Assembly: GCA_024626585.2 (NCBI GenBank)
Contig: JANKJI020000004.1
Location: 376,329 to 395,501 of the forward strand
Reading direction: 5' to 3'
Source: Ginkgo biloba
Lineage: Eukaryota > Plantae > Ginkgophyta
DNA: 19,173 nt
The notes under the pieces are model-generated. The model saw only the letters and a list, made by a program, of their open reading frames with translations, searched no databases and was not told the DNA's origin. This document shows, piece by piece, positions 11,917-19,173 of the stretch (position 1 is the first letter of the stretch; each line of letters begins with the position of its first letter). The position numbers and the translations under genes are program-made.

Positions 11917-12327
11917 ACATTCTATCTCACCTACATCCATACATTCCATCTCACATACATATGTACACTTAATCTCACCTACATCTATACATTCCATCTC
12001 ACCTACATCTATACACTTCATCTCACCTACATCTGTACACTCCATCTAACCTACATTCATACACTCCATCTCACCTTCATTCGTACATTTTATCTCACCT
12101 ACATCTGTATAATCTATCCCACCTACATTCATACATTTTATATCACTTATATCTATACACTCCATTTGACTTACATCCATACATTTTATCTCACCTACAT
12201 TCATATATTCCATCTCATATACATCCATACATTTTATCTCACCTACATTTGTGTATTCCATCTCATCTGCATCCATACATTCCATCCCACTTACATTCGT
12301 ACATTTCATTTCACTTACATATGTACA
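11917..12327. repeat. Minisatellite, 17 x 24 bp (consensus ~ACATTCCATCTCACCTACATCCAT)
   Basis: Strict 24-nt period without indels. It appears as an 8-aa period (TFHLTYIH) in ORF 11863-12399 and in the antisense ORF 12046-12309. Confidence 0.95.
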
Positions 12328-12429
12328 AGTGTATCTTATATATACTTACATTCTAAGGTGGGAGTCATTTACATAATGACTTTAAGTGCAATAAGTTGAT
12401 GTTAAATCATGATATTATTTAAATTATGG

Positions 12430-13643
12430 GGCCTACTAACAACTATTATAAAATGATCATTCGCATGAAACTATATTAACTATCTAAAGAGTGGTGTCTC
12501 GCAAAGATGATAGGTATCTTTTGAGCCATCACGTCTTTCTATTTGATTGAGTAATTCATCAAAAATATATCCCATGTCTTCTTTGCCATTATGGAAAAAT
12601 CATCGTACCCCCAAATTTTCTCCTTATGCCTATTATCTTTATTTCTTACTTGCATTGACATATAGGCAAGTCCATCAAACGAAGTTGATAAGATCAAAAG
12701 AAGGGGAGAGTCATGATGGTATTAATATATTAAAATATTTTTAGCGGTAGTCACATTGTGTAATTTAAAATGTGAATGAAGTGGCTAAGTAATGGAGAAG
12801 AGAAAGTGATTCAAACAAAACCAGAAGTAGAGTGACAAACAAGAATGTGGAATAGTGCAGTAGAGGGAGAGTACATAGAAGGATTTAAGAGAGTTGATCG
12901 AACAAATAGAGATATATCTACTTGTAGTAGAGAAGTATGGGACCACATCTATTGAAGAAGAAGATAAGCCTTTGATGTCAACTGCAGTCCTACAACTAGT
13001 CAATATTTTTATAGAACAAAATTTGAGAGGGTTGATCAATGAAAATATAGTTTTGGGGGAATTGCTAAAATCCATCCATATATCAATACTTTGATCATAA
13101 CATTACACTAGTTAGTGAATTTGCACAAAAGTACACAAAGGTGGAAACCGTTGACTTTTCATTAGGTGAAGGAGAAGAGGAAAAAGAAGAAGGGCAACAA
13201 GTCTCACCTACATCTAAGTTTCCAGTGAGAAGGTCCAAGAGGCTAAGAAAGATTGGACAGGAAGTTGAATAGGGGAAGGAGGAAGATTCAAGTTCACATG
13301 CACCTTCCATGCAAGAGGATAAGGATAAAGAACATAAGGATGTAATTCATGAACATTTACATTCATCTACACTATATATGCAAATAGAGAAAAATAAGGA
13401 ACTAGAGGATATAACCCTTAACTAGTCACCTATAACAATTGATGAAGTTGTCCAGTTATTAATGGAGATATGTGCATAAATGCATCAATTACTCAACCAC
13501 CTCTTGGATAAATAAAATGAAAGGATATAGGTAGAGATTGATAGTTGGATATAATAGGTGGTAAATTGAAAAGGGATGGTTGAAGAACAAGATGTTGACC
13601 TTGTAAGTGCAACATGGAAAATTATAGATATACAAGTAGAACT
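12430..13643 (+). pseudogene. Decayed ORF, probably an extra (non gag-pol) ORF of an LTR retrotransposon
   Basis: Purine-rich, codon-like sequence with protein-like segments broken by stops: LWKNHRTPKFSPYAYYLYFLLA, LIEQIEIYLLVVEKYG, GEEEKEEGQQVSPTSKFPVRRSKRLRK. No domain recognised. Confidence 0.35.
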
Positions 13644-13932
13644 NNNNNNNNNNNNNNNNNNNNNNNNNNNNNNNNNNNNNNNNNNNNNNNNNNNNNNNNN
13701 NNNNNNNNNNNNNNNNNNNNNNNNNNNNNNNNNNNNNNNNNNNTCATTGAGAAAAGGTCAGACATGATGAAGCAGAGTGTTTCAAGCTTCATCTCGAGAA
13801 GGCCCCTCGATCTTTATACTAAGGGAAGAAGGAATCAAAAGAGAATAAGCCAATCAATGTGATGATTACTTGATGCAAGAGCATCCTTGTAGCACTTTGA
13901 CAAGGTGTACAATTTTATAACGAAAGAACACC

Positions 13933-14130
13933 AACATCGTCGAAGGCCAACATCGATATGAGAAGTGGTGGCCGACATCANNNNNNNNNNTAAGGTAGAA
14001 TGACATCATTGGGAAAAATTAACACTGATATGAGAGGTGGTGTTCGACATCATCTAAGGAGAAAAGAAGGGAGACTAACATCATCAGGCAAAATTGACAC
14101 TGATATGAGAGGTGATGATTGACATCATCG
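13933..14130. repeat. ~72-75-bp tandem repeat (3 units), probably in the U3 region of LTR copy B
   Basis: GATATGAGA(G/A)GTG(G/A)TG..GACATCA anchors at 13955, 14027 and 14102. A 10-N gap lies between the first two. Confidence 0.7.
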
Positions 14131-14480
14131 GATAAGAGATTACTGACACCAACATGACTTTTGAACTCAAGGTTCCTCAATGGAATATAAAATTGTGATT
14201 ATGAATATTAAAGTAGAAATATATGTCATAGAAGTGAGTCTTAGTAACTCTATCTAGTCACTCACCAACCATTCACCTACCGAATTTAATATGATAGAAG
14301 GATGGACAGGGAGTCACATAGGAAGTTAAGTGTTGGTACTCTAAAATATTAAAGATTTCATCTACCAAGCAACTGAAGAAGAAGGAAGAGGCATGGCTAA
14401 GAGAGTTGTGGTAGAGCATGAATGGCGATAATCTTGATAGAGAATTAACACCCTCACCAATCAAGCCTTTGGAGGAAGTG

Positions 14481-15093
14481 AAGCTTCAGATCCAAGCTAT
14501 GTCAGAAACCAAGCATAAAATCCATGAAGAGGAGAAGAAAGGGTTCTTTTCACTATTTCTAGAAGAGAGGGAGGTTCTTTTAGAGTTCTTTTTAGTTGTT
14601 ACTTAGAGAGAAAATCTTTGTGTTGGTGGTTGAGTGAACAGGTTGTTGGTTTATGTTGTAGGTTGTTGTGGAAGAAGTAGTTCATGAAGGAATAGACAGA
14701 GTATAGATCTAATGAGCATCACTTAATGAAGGCATAGATAACTCTGCCCCTTTTGGTGTTTGTACATCTACAAACTGATAAAACCATTGATTGAGGCAGT
14801 TGGTGAAGGGGTTGATAACTCTACCTACTTTTGGTATTTTTACACCTATAGACCAACAAAACCACCAATTATGGTATTAGATGCAGGCATTGACAACTCT
14901 GCACATTTTGGTGTAATACACTTGTAGACTGATAAAATCGCCAATTGAGGTAGTCGATAGAGGCAATTTGAATTCTTCCAATATTATTGGTGTTTTGATA
15001 CTCTTGTAGACCGACAAAGTTATCGATTGAAGTAGTCATTAGAGGAGTTGATCATTTAGCCTATTTTGGTGTGTGATACACCTATAAATCGAT
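14481..15093 (+). mobile_element. LTR copy B (probably extends upstream to ~13900; 3' part lost in a gap)
   Basis: Ungapped colinearity with copy C at a 920-bp offset. My hand count over 14561-14760 vs 15481-15680 is 30 mismatches in 200 nt. The 78-bp array anchors are at 14751, 14829, 14906, 14985 and 15064. Confidence 0.85.
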
Positions 15094-15274
15094 ANNNNNN
15101 NNNNNNNNNNNNNNNNNNNNNNNNNNNNNNNNNNNNNNNNNNNNNNNNNNNNNNNNNNNNNNNNNNNNNNNNNNNNNNNNNNNNNNNNNNNNNNAAACTT
15201 CACATCCAAGCTATGTCAAAGATTCAATAATAAAATCCTAGGAAGAGGAGAAGAAAGGGTTCTTTTTATTGTTG

Positions 15275-15461
15275 TTTTTTTTTATTTGTTATTTTTTCTT
15301 ATGTTGTGGTGCTGGTAAGCGAAGCTGATTTTTCTTGCCAAGACGAAGGTTCAATGCCAGGCCTACTATACGCTACAAGGGGGTGAATGTAAGGGGAGTG
15401 GAACCGTGGTTCGATGGANNNNNNNNNNGCCACAACCGTTGTGCCACACCCTCAGGGGATA
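15275..15461 (-). mobile_element. tRNA-derived SINE (~187 bp) with target-site duplication
   Basis: The minus strand starts TATCCCCTGAGGGTG. Pol III box A TGGCACAACGG is at 15446-15436 and box B GGTTCCACTCC at 15405-15395. An A-rich tail occupies 15300-15275. The flanking 17-bp direct repeat is GGTTCTTTTT(A/G)TTGTTG at 15258-15274 and 15462-15478. The site is empty in LTR copies A and B. Confidence 0.88.
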
Positions 15462-15639
15462 GGTTCTTTTTGTTGTTGCTAGAAGAGAGGGAGGTCCTTT
15501 TAAAGTTCTTTTTTGTTGTTGCTTAGAGAGAAAATTCTTATGTTGGTGGTTGAGTGAGTAGGTTGTTGGTTTGTGTTACAAGTTGCTATGGAAGAAATAG
15601 TTGATGAAGGAGAATACGAAGTATAGATCTAATGAGCAT

Positions 15640-16140
15640 CATCGAGTGAAGGCGTAGATAACTCGGTTCCTTTTGGTGTTTGTACACTTGCAGACCGACA
15701 TAATCGCCAATTAAAGCAATTGATGAAGTCGTTGATAACTCTATCCACTTTTGGTATTTTTACACCTGTAGTCTGACAGAACCATCGATTGAGGTAGTCG
15801 ATGAAGGCATTAATAAATCTGCCCATTTTGGTGTAATACACTTGTAGACCAACAAAATTATCGATTGAGGCAATCGGTAAAGGCGATGTGAATTTTGTCT
15901 ATATTATTGGTGTTCTGATACACCTACAAACCAACAGAATCACTGATTGAGGTAGTCGATAGAGGAGTTGAGCATTTAGCCTATTTTAGTGTGTGATACA
16001 CTTACACACTAACACACCCACCGATTGAGGTGGTCGATAGAAGACATTGAGATTATATCCATTTTGGTATGTAATACACCTACAGACTGATAGAACTGTT
16101 GATTGAGACAGTTGGTAAAGGAATTGAGATTTTTACCAAT
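15640..16140. repeat. ~78-bp tandem array inside LTR copy C (6 units)
   Basis: Anchors at 15671, 15749, 15826, 15905, 15984 and 16062 (periods 78, 77, 79, 79, 78). Confidence 0.9.
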
Positions 16141-16524
16141 GAAGATAAGAAAAGAAGGCATTGAGAAATTTGCCAACGAGATGCAAGAGCAAGCTAAGTA
16201 AAGTCAAGTTGAATCACCTACAGAGGCAATTTATTGCTCATGGATAATGGTACTATGGTTTGACTTATATTAATGTTATGTTGTTGTGATGCCCTCTAAT
16301 ATAATAATGACTCATTGAGGTTGTTGTAAAGCTTAATGCTTAAAGTTGTTGATTGCTTAATGTACCTGGAGTTTTATTTCCCATGAGGATTTCTCTAGTT
16401 AAAAAGATTGTGTCATTGATCTTNNNNNNNNNNNNNNNNNNNNNNNNNNNNNNNNNNNNNNNNNNNNNNNNNNNNNNNNNNNNNNNNNNNNNNNNNNNNN
16501 NNNNNNNNNNNNNNNNNNNNNNNC

Positions 16525-16917
16525 GGTCATCTCTATGGACGCTATGAGAAAAGCTATTGGGAAACTGAACTGAAAAAGATATCCAGAATACTGCCCCGTG
16601 ATATAAGACAGAGATTAAAAATAAGCTACGATGCTTTGGAGGAGGAAGAAAAACAGATATTTCTGGATATTGCTTGTTTCTTCATAGGGGAAGACAAAAA
16701 TAAGGCAATATTCATATGGGAAGGATCAGGATGGAGCGGTTTGCACGGTTTTGAAACCCTTGAGTATAAATGTCTTGTTGAAGTGGACGATAACAATTGT
16801 CTGAGGATGCACGACCATCTTCGGGATTTGGGGAGAGACATAGCAGCAGATGAATCGCATTTTAGTCGCCTTTGGCGTCCTGAGGACGGTCGTAGATATC
16901 TCCAAGGAGAAATGGGG
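16525..16917 (+). CDS. TNL exon: C-terminal NB-ARC (winged-helix region)
   Basis: GHLYGRYEKSYWETELKKISRILPRDIRQRLKISYDALEEEEKQIFLDIACFF (TIR-type RNBS-D), then LRMHDHLRDLGRDI (MHD motif) and SRLW. Donor GTATAT at 16918. Begins directly after a 100-N gap. Confidence 0.93.
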
Positions 16918-17055
16918 GTATATCCTTCCAAACTTCCTATGTTGTTGTTAAGAGTCTCTCGTTGTCTTTCAATTACGTAAATGTTGTGGACATGGAAAAC
17001 AAAATTTATGTTGCGTTTAATTCCTTCACAAATTACAATTTTCTTAATGTTTCAG

Positions 17056-17343
17056 ACAAAAAGCAATGTTCGGGGAATCGTGACCACATACGAGAGTCCC
17101 AGATGGCATATAAGGAATCTACTGCCGTTGCGAAAAGTCCCGAAGAAGATTAATTGCGTTGGATTAAAGCTTCTCCATCTAGAAGGTGATATTGGAAAAG
17201 TTCAGCTGTCTACACAAGATCTTCTATGGCTTCGCTGGGTTGATTGTGAAGACTTCTCCCTGAACTGGAGTTCATTGAGAAATCTAAGAGTATTGGATCT
17301 TCTTGAAAGTCGCGAGATCAAAGAGTTGTGGAAATACAAGCAG
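17056..17343 (+). CDS. TNL exon: NB-LRR linker and first LRR
   Basis: Acceptor TTTCAG ends at 17055. Encodes TKSNVRGI...LKLLHLEG...DLLWLRW...LRNLRVLDL..IKELWKYKQ. Donor GTACAT at 17344. Confidence 0.9.
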
Positions 17344-17427
17344 GTACATTCTTTCACGATAAGGGAATACAAATAATTAAATTACATTTTCATTCTTTAC
17401 CATGATATCCCAAATTGTTGTGTGCAG

Positions 17428-18642
17428 GCCCCTTTGCAGTTGAGAGAGCTCACTATTTCTTTTTGTCCGTTCGTAGAGCTTCCCCAGTCAATGCAATTAT
17501 TGACGTGTCTGGAAAAGATAGTATTGGATGATTGGGCAGGCTCATTCCTACCAAAAGAGTTCTGTGGCCTGTATTCCTTGAAGCATCTGGAGCTGCGTTT
17601 GTGTAATCAGCTGAGATCACTGCCAGAGCTTTTCGGGGATTTGACAAACCTCCAGCATTTAGATATTGAAGAGTGTAATAGTCTAAAGATGCTGCCAAAC
17701 TCAATTGGTCAGTTGACACGTCTTCGTTATCTTTGTGTAACGGAGTGCAAACTGCTGACAATCCAACTGGAGATTTTAGGCAACATTACAACACTGGAAG
17801 AACTGAATTTTTTTGGGTGCGATTCATTGCTGGGGTGTCCTACGCAAATCACGCATCAAGCATCTCTGAAAAAGCTGAACTTGTTTGGTAACAGCATCGA
17901 ATTTGGTAACCTGCCAAATGAGTTTTGGAAGCTGACAAACTTACAATCTCTGCAAATTCCATTGACCAGCTTGCCGTCTTCCATCGGGAACCTGATGCGC
18001 TTGACGGTCCTTGAACTCCGTTCTTCCAGAGAGCTCAACAGTTTACCCAAATCTTTGGGACGATTGAATCTCTTAACACGTTTAACCTTACGTGGTTTAG
18101 GAATTGAGTATTTACCGCAAGAAATTGGACAGCTCATCAATCTACAAACTTTGATCGTGTATGATTGCCCAATCAGCCAACTGAGGTTTGCCAATAATAC
18201 GTCTACTGAAGCTTTGATGAAGAAACCCACCCTGTGTCAACTCCAAATCCTATCCCTAGTCCGTACAAAGTTATCCACAATATCAATTTCTGGGGAATAT
18301 TGCCCCAACATTGAAACTCTGGACCTTTCAGAGAATGAATATTTGGTGGAGGTAAAAACTTTGCCGACCTCCTTAGTGAACTTGGATTTTTGGGGATGCA
18401 AAGAATTTTAAAGGATATCGGCTGCTGCTTTTAAACTCACAAAGCTTCAATTATTGAAGATAAGTGGGTGTTGTGAACTGCAACAACTGCCAAGTGTAGC
18501 ACAGTTGATTTCCTTATCGGTGGTTGAAGCAATAGGTTGTTGGAAGCTGCAGAGCGTAGAGGGCATGGAACGCCTGGAAAGGCTAAGCACTCTCGACATT
18601 TCAGCGGACAACGAATCTCTTTGGATTTGGATGCAGTCACAG
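17428..18642 (+). CDS. TNL exon: main leucine-rich-repeat region (in-frame TAA at 18409-18411)
   Basis: Acceptor TGCAG ends at 17427. Encodes APLQLREL followed by many LxxLxLxxCxxLxxLPxxxGxL repeats. The LRR pattern continues in the same frame after the stop (LTKLQLLKISGCCELQQLPSVAQLISL..GCWKLQSVEGMERLERL). Donor GTATGA at 18643. Confidence 0.9.
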
Positions 18643-18733
18643 GTATGACATAAACTGTTATATTTATATATGCATCAAACATTTTGTTTCGAAGAGGTGA
18701 TAAATGATTGATTATGTCGTTATAAAATTGCAG

Positions 18734-19087
18734 AAATTCTTGCCGCGGANNNNNNNNNNNNNNNNNNNNNACCATATTTGTAGAAGGGCAACACGTGGAA
18801 GGGGAGTCCATGCGCTGAAGTCAATTTTAAATTCATTCAGTTTTTACCTTCCTCCGACCGATTTGCAACAACCCGATGTTTACTTTGACCACTGTGGAGT
18901 AAAATTAAGTCATAACCCTTACCTCTGCCCAACATCGCCTTTAACAATGACAAAGCTGAATGCATGCAGTGCAGTCATCATATGTCGCGTCATTGAGCAT
19001 ACTGAAGATGAGGATTATGGAGTAGATAGGGATGAAGTGGAAAATAGTCTTCCTGTATACATTGTGTTATGTAGCCATAGTATTTGA
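18734..19087 (+). CDS. TNL putative last exon: post-LRR domain
   Basis: Acceptor TTGCAG ends at 18733. Encodes KFLPR, a 21-N gap, then ICRRATRG..LKSILNSFSF..CSAVIICRVIE..HSI*. The reading frame across the gap is uncertain. Confidence 0.6.
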   Translation, partial: KFLPRXXXXXXXXHICRRATRGRGVHALKSILNSFSFYLPPTDLQQPDVYFDHCGVKLSHNPYLCPTSPLTMTKLNACSAVIICRVIEHTEDEDYGVDRDEVENSLPVYIVLCSHSI

Positions 19088-19173
19088 TGAGCGATCTTGC
19101 TTATAAATAATGCGCAAATAGGTAGGTCAAGTTGCGAAGAGAAAGAGGGTAATAAATGTTTGAGCAAGACATG

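Larger units (their letters stand above)
15195..16423 (+). mobile_element. LTR copy C (both ends in gaps), interrupted by a SINE
   Basis: 15195-15274 matches 14481-14558. Homology with copies A and B resumes after 15462. Confidence 0.85.
16525..19087 (+). pseudogene. TIR-type NB-ARC-LRR (TNL) resistance gene, 5'-incomplete, with a premature stop (possible pseudogene or truncated allele)
   Basis: Exons 16525-16917, 17056-17343, 17428-18642 and 18734-19087 are joined by phase-0 GT-AG introns of 138, 84 and 91 nt. In-frame TAA at 18409-18411. Confidence 0.8.

Noticed and set aside
11863-12399. 178-aa His/Tyr/Thr repeat ORF and its antisense 87-aa ORF
   Set aside because: By-product of a 24-bp minisatellite. 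The variation follows CG/CHG deamination rather than protein constraint, and the + ORF has no ATG start.
15390-15461. Possible tRNA gene (A and B boxes)
   Set aside because: No convincing acceptor stem or cloverleaf. It is followed by an unrelated body, A-tail and target-site duplication, so it is a SINE head.
14481-16013. Copies B and C as an assembly haplotype duplication
   Set aside because: About 15% divergence dominated by transitions, plus a SINE in only one copy, fits old paralogous LTRs better.
15640-16140. Regularly spaced palindromic repeats resembling a CRISPR array (also 8020-8360 and 14720-15093)
   Set aside because: The whole 78-bp unit is repeated with no unique spacers, there are no cas genes, and the context is a plant LTR.
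17453-18811. Minus-strand ORFs 17453-17761, 17856-18230 and 18437-18811 (also 16626-16931)
   Set aside because: Antisense shadows of the NLR exons with no recognisable domains.

Overview
AT-rich eukaryotic DNA from a fragmented plant scaffold. It has about 20 N-gaps, many of them about 100 N and so probably placeholders of unknown true size. The NLR motifs and retrotransposon gag types look gymnosperm-like (inference, not a database result). Positions 1-16423 are a patchwork of decayed LTR-retrotransposon pieces: a minus-strand Ty3/gypsy pol remnant, two different gag remnants with tRNA primer-binding sites (PBS), three copies of one LTR family carrying a variable ~78-bp internal tandem array, and a 17 x 24-bp minisatellite. 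One LTR copy carries a tRNA-derived SINE with a 17-bp target-site duplication. Positions 16525-19087 hold the 3' part of a TIR-type NB-ARC-LRR (TNL) immune receptor gene. It has four exons, three phase-0 GT-AG introns, one in-frame TAA in the LRR exon and a post-LRR exon; its TIR and P-loop portion is not visible. I see no convincing evidence of a new biological system. The best leads are the SINE, the hairpin-containing LTR arrays, the repeated PBS-like motifs and the status of the TNL gene.
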